Source: an uncultured virus (IMG/VR IMGVR_UViG_3300030518_000008) (Duplodnaviria; Heunggongvirae; Uroviricota; Caudoviricetes). From it: DNA of 64,000 bases. The notes beneath the pieces are model-generated. The model saw only the letters and a list, made by a program, of their open reading frames with translations. It had not been told where the DNA came from and did not search any database. The position numbers and the translations under genes are program-made. The DNA is taken from the IMG/VR virus record IMGVR_UViG_3300030518_000008. One strand, written 5' to 3'. Positions 1 through 10,221 of this stretch are shown here, piece by piece (position 1 is the stretch's first letter; each line of letters opens with the position of its first letter).

Positions 1-167
1 GCCCGCTTCTGCGCAACGCCCTGGCGGCCAAGGCGAAGGAGATGAACTGATGAAGTGGCAAAAGCACGAGACTGTTGCCGGTCACCAGTTCTATCCCAAC
101 GGGGTTTGCGCCTGCGGCCGGCGCTGGGTGGACATACGCAATGCCGGTACGGAAGACTTGTTTTCCT
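1..167. repeat. Terminal direct repeat / circular overlap (copy 1)
   Basis: Identical to 63834-64000 except position 8 (t vs g); implies a unit genome of about 63,833 bp. Confidence 0.97.
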
Positions 168-454
168 ATGGCATAGCCCACGTCGACAGGCTTTCCGCTG
201 GTGAGATCGATCAGATCCGGCGCAAGCGGGAGGAAGAAGATAACGCCCTGGCTGCCGCCATGGGCTACGCCACCGGCAAGGCCAGGGATGCGGAACCCGC
301 CCCAGCCGATGATTACGTGAACTTCTGGATGCCGAACCCGCCGCTTATGGGGGACCCCTTTTGCCAGCGCATGCTGGAGCAACTGAACGAGCGTCTTTTT
401 GCCATGGAGTATGGTGATGGGTCAGAAACCGATAGTGTACCAGACGATGTGTGA
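50..454 (+). CDS. Hypothetical phage protein
   Basis: ATG overlaps the stop of the upstream ORF (TGATG); AAGGAG upstream. Confidence 0.65.
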   Translation: MKWQKHETVAGHQFYPNGVCACGRRWVDIRNAGTEDLFSYGIAHVDRLSAGEIDQIRRKREEEDNALAAAMGYATGKARDAEPAPADDYVNFWMPNPPLMGDPFCQRMLEQLNERLFAMEYGDGSETDSVPDDV

Positions 455-836
455 CTTCTGGAACAACCGCGGCCTTGTCAGCCCAGGCAGCGATGAGGAG
501 CCGCCACCGGCCCCGGTGTCCTATGCCGAGGCGCCAGCCGATCCGCTGCCTGGAGATTACGCCGCGCGCTTATGCGCGCTGGAAAAGGCGGTGCAACTGA
601 CGATGAGCAAGTTTGACGGCGGGCTTGAGCGTGTCATGGACCGCGCCCGCGCCTTCCATGCCTTCCTCACCGGCCGCCGCCCCAGCGAATTCACCCTGCC
701 CCTCGAAGCCTACGAGGCAGCCGAGGCGGCTCTGAAGAATCTGGATGCCATCAATCAACAGCCGCTTTCCGAGCTGGCCGAGGCCAGCGTTGACGCTGCA
801 TGGGAAGTCATCATCAACCAGGGACGCTCAATATGA
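426..836 (+). CDS. Hypothetical phage protein (start uncertain, 399-447)
   Basis: ORF 399..836 in the gene chain; its stop overlaps the next ATG (ATGA). Confidence 0.45.
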   Translation, partial: KPIVYQTMCDFWNNRGLVSPGSDEEPPPAPVSYAEAPADPLPGDYAARLCALEKAVQLTMSKFDGGLERVMDRARAFHAFLTGRRPSEFTLPLEAYEAAEAALKNLDAINQQPLSELAEASVDAAWEVIINQGRSI

Positions 837-1111
837 CCACACCGTTTTATGACGACATCACAATCCAGAGGCTATGGGGGACTATCGCAGCCTGGAGGGT
901 GGCCCGCGCTCTTGCTGTGGAAAACGCCGATGAAGCCCTGCAAGGCAAGGTGGATGATGTGATCAAAGGCGTCCTCGGCGGCAAGCTGCCGGCAAAGAAG
1001 GTGGACGAACTGCACGACGCCACCGGCAAGGCCCAGCGGGACCGCGCGGCGGGCCGGGCCATTGGTGCCAGCCGTCAACAGCTCGGCCTTATCACCCATG
1101 CCGGACAGTGA
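833..1111 (+). CDS. Hypothetical phage protein
   Basis: MTTPFYDDITIQRLW..., ATGA-coupled to the upstream ORF. Confidence 0.55.
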   Translation: MTTPFYDDITIQRLWGTIAAWRVARALAVENADEALQGKVDDVIKGVLGGKLPAKKVDELHDATGKAQRDRAAGRAIGASRQQLGLITHAGQ

Positions 1112-1302
1112 CGTAACCGCCCTCGCCATCGTCCTCGCGGCAACAGCCATTAGCTGCACGCCCAGCGAAACCGCCGTGGCATTCGAGATGGCGGATGCCA
1201 CATACCCCGCGCCGAGAGGGCCAAGGAAAATCGGTAACTACCATCGCGACACCTGGCTCCAAATGGCCCAGGCTGCAATCAAACATATGGAAACAACAAT
1301 AC

Positions 1303-1842
1303 ATGAAACTTAACCTCGGCTGCGGCTACAACAAAAAGGATCAGGCAGACGGCTGGGTGAATATCGACCTCTCCGGACGCTGCAATCCCGATCTGGTGCT
1401 CGACCTCGACCATGAACCGCTACCCTTCAACGAGGGGGAAATCGACGAGGTGGCGGCAACCCACGTGCTCGAACACATCCGCTACCTGCCGTTCCTGATG
1501 GGCAACCTCTACCGCGTCATGACCCCCGGCGCCCTGCTGCGCATCGCCACCCCGCACCCGGCCAGCGACGGCTTCTGGGGCGATCCAACCCATACCCGCC
1601 CGGTCACGCTGAACACACTGCGCCTGTTCAGCAAAAAGTTCTGCGCCGAAGCCCGCAGCAAGGGCTGGCCGAACACGCCGCTGGCGGATTACGCGGATGT
1701 CGATTTCGAGGTGGATGAATTTCAGTTCAAGCTGATGCCGGAGTGGGAAGAAAAGCGGTTGAACAAACAGAATATACAGTATTGTATAAATCATTACGTC
1801 AACGTTGTTGACGAATTACTGTTCACTGTCAGGAGAGTGTGA
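1303..1842 (+). CDS. Class I SAM-dependent methyltransferase (Methyltransf_11-like)
   Basis: KLNLGCG motif I, WVNID, HVLEH, DPTH. Confidence 0.88.
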   Translation: MKLNLGCGYNKKDQADGWVNIDLSGRCNPDLVLDLDHEPLPFNEGEIDEVAATHVLEHIRYLPFLMGNLYRVMTPGALLRIATPHPASDGFWGDPTHTRPVTLNTLRLFSKKFCAEARSKGWPNTPLADYADVDFEVDEFQFKLMPEWEEKRLNKQNIQYCINHYVNVVDELLFTVRRV

Positions 1843-2109
1843 TGGCCATTGCTCTTTTGTGGTTCCTTGCCGGTCCCGGTCTTGTGTGGCTGACGCTGCA
1901 ATCCTTCCGCAATGACCTGACGTTCCTCTGTTGCGTGTTTGCGTTCATGTTTTTCGGCTGGGCCTGGGCGACGTTGTGATGGCCCCCGCGCATGATACTG
2001 AGCGGCACATGATCATTGTCACCCTCCTGCGCTTTCTGCTGCTGATTTTCCTCGGTCCCCCGCTGTTTTTTCTCGCCGTCAACTACTGGGTGCATTTCTG
2101 GGGGCTGTA

Positions 2110-2694
2110 ATGGGGCAGGAAACATCGAAGGCCGTCGCCAGACGGCTGCACGACAGCCGTTTCATCGCGCGCTACTTTCGTGGCTTCGGCATTGACATCG
2201 GCAGCGGGAATGACCCGCTGCTGCATTACGCCACGCTGTTCCCAGGCATCATGGGCATCCGGAACTGGGACAAGGAGGATGGTGATGCCATGGTGATGGC
2301 GGGGGTTGATGACAACACGTTCGACTTCGTTCATTCCAGCCACTGCCTTGAGCATCTGCAAGACCCGTGGCGGGCGCTCAGGAGGTGGGTAAGCATTTGC
2401 AAGCCGGGCGGGCACATCATTATCACCGTGCCCGACTGGCAGCTTTACGAGCACGGCAAGTGGCCATCGCCGCACAACGAAGACCACAAGCATCGCTTTT
2501 GCGTATCGCCGAGCGAATGTCCGGATGATCGTCCCGTGGATCTGGCCGGCCTGATCGCGGACCTTATCTCAGTGGACTGCCTGAAAATTGAGCTGCTGGA
2601 CCAGGGCTACCTCTACGGCGCGCCCGACACGTTTGATCAGTCGTGCCTGACGATGTGCGAGCCGGCCATTGAATTCATTCTGAGGAAAAGATGA
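2110..2694 (+). CDS. Class I SAM-dependent methyltransferase (Methyltransf_11-like)
   Basis: GIDIGSG, FDFVHSSHCLEHL, KPGGHIIITVPD. Confidence 0.9.
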   Translation: MGQETSKAVARRLHDSRFIARYFRGFGIDIGSGNDPLLHYATLFPGIMGIRNWDKEDGDAMVMAGVDDNTFDFVHSSHCLEHLQDPWRALRRWVSICKPGGHIIITVPDWQLYEHGKWPSPHNEDHKHRFCVSPSECPDDRPVDLAGLIADLISVDCLKIELLDQGYLYGAPDTFDQSCLTMCEPAIEFILRKR

Positions 2695-2927
2695 AGCTCT
2701 GCAAGGACTGCAAGTGGTTCCCGCCGTTTCCGCCCGGCTCGCCCTTGGATGATCAGAGATTTGCGCGCTGCTGGCATGAACTGGCGAGGCGCGTTCCTTC
2801 GATTGATGTGGTGGTCGGGCTGTCCGCCTCGCCCTCGCATCAAATGTGCTCCACCATGCGCTTCGAGTGGGAGCCTTGCGGCCAGGACGCCAGGTTGTAT
2901 GAGGTGCGGGATGCCAGCCCTGATTAG
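2691..2927 (+). CDS. Small Cys-rich phage protein
   Basis: MKLCKDCKW...C...C...CG; ATGA-coupled. Confidence 0.6.
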   Translation: MKLCKDCKWFPPFPPGSPLDDQRFARCWHELARRVPSIDVVVGLSASPSHQMCSTMRFEWEPCGQDARLYEVRDASPD

Positions 2928-3029
2928 GGTTGGCAGGGCCGCCATCGCCGCGGTCTTCGTCATGGCCCTCTACACCTACATCGCGGTCGCTATCGTGTTC
3001 GTGGTCTACCTGTTTTGTGAGGCGTTCAG

Positions 3030-4436
3030 ATGACCCCGCTTGTTGAGCTGGCACTTTACCGCATTCTCGACGGCAACATAGAGGATGCCCAGGACTTGCT
3101 GCCGGCGATCGAGGCCGAGGGCAACGAGGCCATGGCGTGTCAGATCCGCGGGCGCATTCAGCTTCGGCAGAAGAAGTGGGCGGGAGCGCATGACTACCTG
3201 CAACGCTCCGTCAGCCTCGACCGCTCCAGTCCCGACGCCTGGATCTGCCTTGGCATGGCCAGTTACGAACTGGGGTTTTTCGAGAAGGCGGCGGAGTGCT
3301 ACCGTCGCTGCATTATCCTCCAGCCCAACTTCGGGGTGCAGTGGATGAAGCTGGGTGCCGCGCATGGCATGCTCCAGCGTCATCCGGAAGCATTCACCTG
3401 CTTCGAGCGGGCGGTGATCCTCGATCCCAACAACGATGAGTGCCATCACTCCCTCGCGGTGCAGTACAGCATCTTCGGCTCCGATGAGCGGGCGATCGTG
3501 CATGAGGAAAAAGCCCTCGAACTCAACCCCAACAACATCTTCGCCAGGGTGGCGCTGGGTGCCACGCATCTGCGCATGGGCAACTGGCTGGAGGGATGGC
3601 GGGGCTTTGAACACCGCTGGTCCCTGCCGACGCCCGTGGCGCCGTGGTGGTATCGTGGCCAGCCGCTCTACCAGGGCGATCTGGAGGGGTTGCGTGGCAA
3701 GCGGGTGCTGCTGCGCTCAGAGCAGGGCTACGGTGACAGCATCCAGTTCTGCCGTTACGCGGTGGAGTTGTCCAAGGTTGCCTCGCATCTGATTCTGGAA
3801 ACCCAGGGCGGTCTGCAACGGCTGTTCAAATGCCTGCCGGCTGAGATATTCGTGGCGCCGAAGATGGAAGATCAGGTTCGTCCGCTGCCGAACGATCAGC
3901 TTCCGCCATGGGATGAACAGACGAGCCTGATGTCCCTGCCGCTGCTGTTCGGCACCACCCAGGAGACGTGCCCCCCGCCCGTCGACTTCGGCGGCGGCCT
4001 CTATATCCGCCCCGGCAAGGGCAAGGTCGGCATCTGCTGGCATGGCGGGGCTCGCTACAGCGAGCCCCTGGCTAATGCCGTGGATCAGCGCCGATCGTTG
4101 TGGCCGGAAGTGGCCAAGCGCCTGCTCGACGCCATCCCCTATCACCGCTCGCTCCAGCAGGAGGATCTGGACACCGAGGACTGGCTGGAGACGGCGGAGA
4201 AGATCGCCGATCTGAAACTGGTGATCAGCGTCGACACCGCGGTTGCCCATCTGGCCGCCTCCATGGGCGTCCCCACCTGGCTGCTTAATCGTTACGATAG
4301 CTGCTGGCGCTGGGGCATGCGTGGCGACAGAACGCCCTGGTATCCGTCCATGCGCATCTACCGCCAGCCGACGCTCGGCGACTGGGACAGTGTGCTTGAC
4401 CGCGTGATCGCGGACTACAAGGCTCTTGACCTGTGA
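3030..4436 (+). CDS. TPR-repeat protein with C-terminal GT-B (GT9-like) glycosyltransferase domain
   Basis: N-terminal TPRs; EQGYGDSIQFCRY; VISVDTAVAHLAASMG; WRW...TPWYPSMRIYRQ. Confidence 0.88.
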   Translation: MTPLVELALYRILDGNIEDAQDLLPAIEAEGNEAMACQIRGRIQLRQKKWAGAHDYLQRSVSLDRSSPDAWICLGMASYELGFFEKAAECYRRCIILQPNFGVQWMKLGAAHGMLQRHPEAFTCFERAVILDPNNDECHHSLAVQYSIFGSDERAIVHEEKALELNPNNIFARVALGATHLRMGNWLEGWRGFEHRWSLPTPVAPWWYRGQPLYQGDLEGLRGKRVLLRSEQGYGDSIQFCRYAVELSKVASHLILETQGGLQRLFKCLPAEIFVAPKMEDQVRPLPNDQLPPWDEQTSLMSLPLLFGTTQETCPPPVDFGGGLYIRPGKGKVGICWHGGARYSEPLANAVDQRRSLWPEVAKRLLDAIPYHRSLQQEDLDTEDWLETAEKIADLKLVISVDTAVAHLAASMGVPTWLLNRYDSCWRWGMRGDRTPWYPSMRIYRQPTLGDWDSVLDRVIADYKALDL

Positions 4437-4559
4437 TGGTCTGTTGCGCGTGCGGGACCGCCGAGTGGTTCCGCGCCGTCCCGGCGACGATGCAGACGTG
4501 GTGCCGTGACTGCGATCCCCTGCTGACGGATCAGCCCGTGATGCGGTATCACGTCTCGC

Positions 4560-7500
4560 ATGACCGTGACGAAACCCAAACAACCCAAGTGGCTCCAGTT
4601 ATTCCGGAGGTACTTGAAGGAAATCAGAATCCAGTCGAAGCACACGTCGGAGGATATCGACGGGACTGGCGTGCCGCTCACTCTGTGGACCTCTCAAAGC
4701 CGGGTTCTGGAGCAGATTTGTCAGGGCCTGGAAGATGACATCCACGTCTTCTACATTCTGAAATCCCGCCAGCTCGGGGTGACGACGATCACCATCGCCA
4801 TCATCCTGTTCTGGCTCGCCTATCACCCCAACACCATCGCCTGCCTCGTTTCGGACGGCCCGAAGAACTACGCCAAGAACCGCGAGACGGTGCGCAACTA
4901 TGTCAACTCCCTGTCAAAGTTCATGGGAAAATCGTTCTCATTGGACAAGAAATACGGGGCGAAGGACAACCAGTTTGGCTTCACCTTTTCCAACAAGTCC
5001 CGCCTCGACATGCTCACCGCCGGCAACAAGTCGGCCTGGGGCGAGGGTGAGGGCTATGTCGTTGGACACCTCACCGAAACGGCTTCGTACGGCAGGGAGG
5101 AAGGCATATCGTCCTTCCGGCACTCCATGGCGCCGGAAAATCCCCGCGCGCTCTACATCTTTGAATCCACGGCTCACGGCAACAACCACTGGCGCGACAT
5201 GTGGGAGGCGGCGATGGCGGATGAGCATTCGTCTCGCTGCATCTTCGTCGGCTGGTGGTCGCACGACCTCCAGCGCATCCCGCAGACCGATCGCCGGTTC
5301 AAGAGGTTCGGCACCGCTCCGCCGACGCCGGAGGAAACCGAGCGGATAGTAGCGGTCAAGCGGCTCTACGACTTCGATATCAGCATGGAGCAACTGGCCT
5401 GGTATCGCATGGAGATGACGCGCCCCAATTCGGGCGAAACGGACATGGCGCAGAATCAGCCCTACACGGCTGATGAAGCGTTCGTGCAAAGCGGCGTCAG
5501 CTTCTTCGGCCCCAAGCGCGTCCAGGCCCGCATCGATGAAATCCGCTCCGCCCCCGTTGGCGGCGTCGAGGACGGCGGCTTTGGCTACAAGGCGTACGAA
5601 TTCTACCTTGCCGACGAATACCACCTCTGCCGGGTGGAGGCGCTGACACAGGATATCCGGACAGAGCGGATCAAGCTGCGCGTGTGGGAATACCCGAACC
5701 CGGAAGGCGTCTATGTCATTGGCTGCGATCCGGCGGGGGGACGCAGTGAGCTATCCAATCATCACTGTCTGGACCAAGAGACCGAAATTCTGACCAAGGC
5801 AGGCTGGAAGCGTCACGATGAGGTTGTCGTTGGGGATGAGGCGGTTTGCTTTGATTGCGACACCGGCAGCTACGCGTACGGCCCGGTCCAGCGCGTAATC
5901 CGCCGGAATGTAGACGAACCTCTTTATCGTTTTGCGGGCCGCGGCGTGGATATTTTGGCCACTGCTGACCATCGCATGGTTCATCGCTATAAGCATGGCT
6001 ACAGATACACAAAAATCACAGGCTGGACGGTTTGCACGGCTGAAGAGCTTGCGCAGTCTGGGCGGGCGTTCATTCACGTCCCGTCTTCTCGTGCGCCTTG
6101 TGGCCAAGGCATTCAAGGCCTGACGTTGGACATGTGCAGAGCCCTGGGGTGGATACTGAGTGATGGCTTCATTGCTCAGTCTGAGCCGGTAATTGGCGGT
6201 CCAAGGGAAAGCCAAAAGCATGTGCGACCATACATTGTGCTTGCGCAAGCAAGAGTGACGAACAAGGCAGGCATTAATATTTCTGCGGCGATGGAGGAGG
6301 TGTTTTCCAGGCTGGCGCCCGACGCTTCGATAATCAAAACCCCTGAGACTGAAGCGGGAACAGAGAAAATAACCATTCGCATCGGCAGCAGGGTGGCAGC
6401 GCAATTTATGCGCTGGCTGCCGGGCCAGGTTTGCTTAAAAAAAGATCGTCGCATACCTCGCAGTCTTCTGACTGAAACGTCTCAACAGCAAGCGGATGCG
6501 CTTTTCACTGGGATCTTGGAAGGTGACGGCAGTTGGGCAACGCGCGATGCGGTTTGGTCAAAGGTTTGTCCGGGTGCGGGCGAAGGTCTTGCTGATGATG
6601 TCCAGGAACTTGCAATACGTTGTGGCTGGAGCGCCACCAAGGGGTCTCAGATTGACCCGTCGTCCGGAAATTTACAATGGATTATACATTTATCAAAAAG
6701 AGATCATCGGCGGATAGAATTTCAGGGTCTTGAGCACTATGCCGGACCGGTTTGGTGCGTGACGGTCCCGACCGGGGCGTTTGTAGCGCGCCGGCGGGGT
6801 TATGGTTTCGTCACGGGCAACTGTGTGTCGGTCTGGCGTGTCTTCGCGGACAAGATGGTTCAGGTTGCCGAGTGGGCTGATGGCATCCCCGAGACTCGCC
6901 ATTGCGCCTGGATTTTGGCTTACCTCGCCGGGCAATACAAAAACTGTCGGATCAACATCGATCTGACGGGCGGCATCGGAACTGCGGTGATGCAAAGCTT
7001 CGATGATCTGCGCACGCGCATGCGTTCGGAACTTTACCAGACCGAAATCCGCCAGGCGGCCGAGCGGGAAATCCAGCGCAAGAGGGAGGACGATCCCTCG
7101 CGGCCCAAGCGTTCCGAGAATGCCCCGCCCAGCAACTTCGATTTTGATGACTTTCTCGGCGCGGCAAGCTGGTATCTGTACAGGCGGATAGACAGCCCCG
7201 GCCCCGGCTATCAGTACAACACGGTGGTCAGCCAGCGGATCAAGTACCACACGATGAACATCCTGCGGGATGCCTTTGTCACCGGCCTGCTGGAGATCAG
7301 ATCCATCCCGCTGCTGGAGGAAATGGCTGATGTCGTTGACGATCACAGCAAGATCGACATCGGCGCGTCAGCGCCGGGCAGGCTGCGCGATGACCGCACG
7401 TTCGCCCTGGCGCTGGCCAACTCGACATGGGTCGAGAACGTCCGCGGCGGCCTGATAGCCCAGGGCATCACGTACCAGTCCGCGCGGGCGAAGGAAAGCG

Positions 7501-7622
7501 GCGAGTTGTCGCCGATCGCCGATGCGCTCAACCGGCGGATCTACAACATCATGGTCGCCGCGGATCAGGAAATGGACGCCCCGCCGCCCCGCACCTTCAT
7601 GGAAAAGAGGGGCCTGCTCTGA
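4560..7622 (+). CDS. terL: Terminase large subunit, intein-containing
   Basis: Walker A-like ILKSRQLGVTT, Walker B-like GHLTE, IFESTAHG coupling motif, nuclease VIGCDPAGG and DDRTFALALA. Confidence 0.92.
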   Translation: MTVTKPKQPKWLQLFRRYLKEIRIQSKHTSEDIDGTGVPLTLWTSQSRVLEQICQGLEDDIHVFYILKSRQLGVTTITIAIILFWLAYHPNTIACLVSDGPKNYAKNRETVRNYVNSLSKFMGKSFSLDKKYGAKDNQFGFTFSNKSRLDMLTAGNKSAWGEGEGYVVGHLTETASYGREEGISSFRHSMAPENPRALYIFESTAHGNNHWRDMWEAAMADEHSSRCIFVGWWSHDLQRIPQTDRRFKRFGTAPPTPEETERIVAVKRLYDFDISMEQLAWYRMEMTRPNSGETDMAQNQPYTADEAFVQSGVSFFGPKRVQARIDEIRSAPVGGVEDGGFGYKAYEFYLADEYHLCRVEALTQDIRTERIKLRVWEYPNPEGVYVIGCDPAGGRSELSNHHCLDQETEILTKAGWKRHDEVVVGDEAVCFDCDTGSYAYGPVQRVIRRNVDEPLYRFAGRGVDILATADHRMVHRYKHGYRYTKITGWTVCTAEELAQSGRAFIHVPSSRAPCGQGIQGLTLDMCRALGWILSDGFIAQSEPVIGGPRESQKHVRPYIVLAQARVTNKAGINISAAMEEVFSRLAPDASIIKTPETEAGTEKITIRIGSRVAAQFMRWLPGQVCLKKDRRIPRSLLTETSQQQADALFTGILEGDGSWATRDAVWSKVCPGAGEGLADDVQELAIRCGWSATKGSQIDPSSGNLQWIIHLSKRDHRRIEFQGLEHYAGPVWCVTVPTGAFVARRRGYGFVTGNCVSVWRVFADKMVQVAEWADGIPETRHCAWILAYLAGQYKNCRINIDLTGGIGTAVMQSFDDLRTRMRSELYQTEIRQAAEREIQRKREDDPSRPKRSENAPPSNFDFDDFLGAASWYLYRRIDSPGPGYQYNTVVSQRIKYHTMNILRDAFVTGLLEIRSIPLLEEMADVVDDHSKIDIGASAPGRLRDDRTFALALANSTWVENVRGGLIAQGITYQSARAKESGELSPIADALNRRIYNIMVAADQEMDAPPPRTFMEKRGLL
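5766..6821 (+). mobile_element. Intein (352 aa) with LAGLIDADG homing endonuclease in terL
   Basis: Starts CLDQETEILT; block B ATADHRM; LAGLIDADG-like ALGWILSDG and FTGILEGDG; ends VWCVTVPTGAFVARRRGYGFVTGN followed by Cys; visibly lower GC. Confidence 0.93.
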
Positions 7623-7643
7623 AGCCGTCAGGCATGTCGGCGG

Positions 7644-7859
7644 TCAGTAGCCGCCCCACCGCAGCCCGGCCAGCGGCAGGATTTCCTGTAGCACCACCAG
7701 CAACAGGATGATCAGGAACACGACCAGGGCTACCTGGCGGAAAACCGCCGGCACGCCGGGGATCGCGTTGGTAATGGTGACAACGATCCAGTAGACCAGT
7801 CCGAGGACGAGAAAAACGATCAGCAGGTGGATGAGAAGGGGGATCATCGGCAATGTCAT
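7644..7859 (-). CDS. Small two-TM membrane protein
   Basis: Two hydrophobic helices; GGAG RBS. Confidence 0.65.
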   Translation of the reverse strand: MTLPMIPLLIHLLIVFLVLGLVYWIVVTITNAIPGVPAVFRQVALVVFLIILLLVVLQEILPLAGLRWGGY

Positions 7860-7965
7860 GCTCCGGTCTGGTGAAACTCTTTATGGGCGTTGCCGCGGTT
7901 GTGCGCTTGCAATATAACATTGTGCGAGTTGCTTCCCGTCAAATCCGGCCGAAGGATCGCCCGCG

Positions 7966-8901
7966 ATGTCATTTGTGGCGTCACAGCTTCATGTTGTGGC
8001 TGTCGTCTCCAACCCGCTGCGATTTGCCTCCCGCATCCGTTTGACCAAGGCGTTCTGCGAGCAGCAGCTTGCGGCCGGTGTCAGTCTCACCCTGGTTGAG
8101 TGCGCCCTTGGCGATCGGGCATTTGACTTTGAGCACATTGACCCGCGCATCAATTTTGTCGGGGTGAGGCACACCACGATCTGCTTCCACAAGGAGAGCC
8201 TGATTAACATCGGCCTGTCCCGGCTGCCGCGGCACGCGGCATATATCGCCTGGATCGATGCTGATGTCATGTTCCGGTGTCCGACGTGGCCGCTGGACAT
8301 TATTCACGCTCTCCAGCAGTACAGCGTGATTCAGCCGTGGGAAACAGCGCTCGACCTTGGGCCGCGTGGTGAAATTCTGGATGTTCACACCAGCTTCGCG
8401 GCCCTGTTCGTTCAGGGCCGTCCGATCTTCCCCACCTGGCGCAAGGGCTACACCTTTGGCCACCCCGGCTACTGCTGGGCCGTCAGAAGGGAAATTGTCG
8501 AGCGGGTCGGCGGGCTGTATGATGCCGCCATCCTCGGTTCAGCGGATCACAATATGAGCCTTGGTCTTCTGGGCCGGGTGACAGAGACATTCCCGGCGGA
8601 TATCAGCCCCGAATTCACCGCCTCGCAGCTTTCGTGGCAGGCCAGGGGGCGGCATTTCATCGGGGAGCGCATTGGGTATCTGCCCGCCTCGGTCATAGAG
8701 CACACTTTCCATGGGGCCAAGGCGAAGCGGGGCTACGTGTCGCGGTGGGATATATTGCGAAAGTGGAAATACAATCCGGTCACCGATATCCGGCGCAACC
8801 TTGACGGCGTTGTTGAGCTTTGCGGCAACAAGCCGGGGTTTCAGAAGGATGTCGAGGCGTATTTCGCCTCTCGCGATGAGGATTCAAACCAGGCGCGATG
8901 A
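7966..8901 (+). CDS. GT-A fold glycosyltransferase-like protein
   Basis: HKESLINIG, AWIDADV (DxD), GHPGYCWA, LGSADHNM, HTFHG. Confidence 0.7.
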   Translation: MSFVASQLHVVAVVSNPLRFASRIRLTKAFCEQQLAAGVSLTLVECALGDRAFDFEHIDPRINFVGVRHTTICFHKESLINIGLSRLPRHAAYIAWIDADVMFRCPTWPLDIIHALQQYSVIQPWETALDLGPRGEILDVHTSFAALFVQGRPIFPTWRKGYTFGHPGYCWAVRREIVERVGGLYDAAILGSADHNMSLGLLGRVTETFPADISPEFTASQLSWQARGRHFIGERIGYLPASVIEHTFHGAKAKRGYVSRWDILRKWKYNPVTDIRRNLDGVVELCGNKPGFQKDVEAYFASRDEDSNQAR

Positions 8902-9006
8902 TCCGCATGAACTATCTGTCGACGACAGCGCTTTCGCTGCTGTTGCACCGCTGTCCGGACCTGCTGGTTCGCGAGCGGGCGGGGGAATTTCAGGGGTGGC
9001 TGGGTT

Positions 9007-9228
9007 ATGATCAAGAGAATGCCGGTCAATCACGTGCGCCCGGCCTGGGCCAGTCCGGTGGGGGATCGTTACGTATCGCATCCGGACCTGAGCTTCGCGC
9101 TGATTCAGTTGATGGATGACCCCGAGGGGATTTACGTTGTGCAGGATCAGACCCTGCCGGTAGGCATCGTCAGCGCGCGGGACATGGTAGCCCGCTGGAG
9201 GGAAGCCAATGCCACCGAGGAAACATGA
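9007..9228 (+). CDS. Hypothetical protein
   Basis: ORF in the co-directional chain. Confidence 0.45.
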   Translation: MIKRMPVNHVRPAWASPVGDRYVSHPDLSFALIQLMDDPEGIYVVQDQTLPVGIVSARDMVARWREANATEET

Positions 9229-9544
9229 TCATGCTACGATCGAGGGCGAGATGGCCGCTCCCATGGTGGAAACGCCAGTGGCAAAGGCTCCGCCTGCGCC
9301 TGATGTGTCGTGGCTGGATATAGCGACGGCGCCGCGCGACGGCACGCTGGTTGAGCTGCACTACACCACGCACATTCCGGACAAGCCGATTTACGCACGC
9401 TACCGGGTCACCCGCCGGCGCATTGACCGGGGCTGGAAGCCGGTTGGGTTCTGGTCCGATCCGGTGTCGCGCGAGGAAATCGGCGGCGAGCCAACCGGCT
9501 GGCGCCTGCCGGAAGGGTATCTGTATCCCGGCATGGTGCTTTGA
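9209..9544 (+). CDS. Phage protein of the W-x-x-I-x-TAPRDGT type
   Basis: WLDIATAPRDGT ... PTGWRLP. Confidence 0.65.
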   Translation: MPPRKHDHATIEGEMAAPMVETPVAKAPPAPDVSWLDIATAPRDGTLVELHYTTHIPDKPIYARYRVTRRRIDRGWKPVGFWSDPVSREEIGGEPTGWRLPEGYLYPGMVL

Positions 9545-10104
9545 CCGATCGCCCTCGCTACCAGCACTGGTTCAGGTGCAGGGCGTGCGCCACGCGGTTC
9601 CATGTGGTGCGTGTCACGGATGACCCGGCCAAGGTGAAGACGCCGCGCTGCCCGAAGAAGTCGTGCGGCGGCAAGGCCAAGCCGTCGTTTGTGCCGGACA
9701 TTCCGATGGACGTGGCCGGCGGCAAGGCGCCGGCTGTCACGGGTGCCAATGTGCAAGTCTCTGCCTATGATCGGTCCATGGAAATCGCGATGGCCGATCA
9801 TCAGATGACGGACATCCAGGATCATTCGCGTCCCGGTGCGATCTATCGCGGCGGTGAGAGCACCGCGCCCAAGCTGCCGGCCCATCTCCAAGCCCAGGCC
9901 GATGGCTTCTGGGGCGGCGCACAGAAGCCGAAGACGCGATCCGCCAAGGTGGATTTGTCACCGATTTACGGGCAGCGCGCGACGGACGCCGGAGCGCCCG
10001 CCGCGCAGTTCAAAGCCGACGCCGGCTCACTGATCGAGCCGATTTTGAGGCACCGGCCGGCGGGTTCGTCGCCGATCCCCGCGCACACAGTAATCGCGGA
10101 GTAG
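9541..10104 (+). CDS. Zinc-ribbon protein
   Basis: CRAC...CPKKSC; TTGA-coupled start. Confidence 0.65.
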   Translation: MTDRPRYQHWFRCRACATRFHVVRVTDDPAKVKTPRCPKKSCGGKAKPSFVPDIPMDVAGGKAPAVTGANVQVSAYDRSMEIAMADHQMTDIQDHSRPGAIYRGGESTAPKLPAHLQAQADGFWGGAQKPKTRSAKVDLSPIYGQRATDAGAPAAQFKADAGSLIEPILRHRPAGSSPIPAHTVIAE

Positions 10105-10132
10105 TACCCGTTACTGCCCGAAATCTCGTGGT

Positions 10133-10221
10133 GTGGTATGATTTCACACCATGAGAATCCCATCGAACCCGAATGAGCGGGCCGAATTCGTCTCCGAGAT
10201 CATCCGCGCGTGCTCGCAGTC
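10133..10221 (+). repeat. 89-bp exact direct repeat, left copy (portal upstream region and 5' end)
   Basis: Identical to 11673-11761. Confidence 0.97.
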
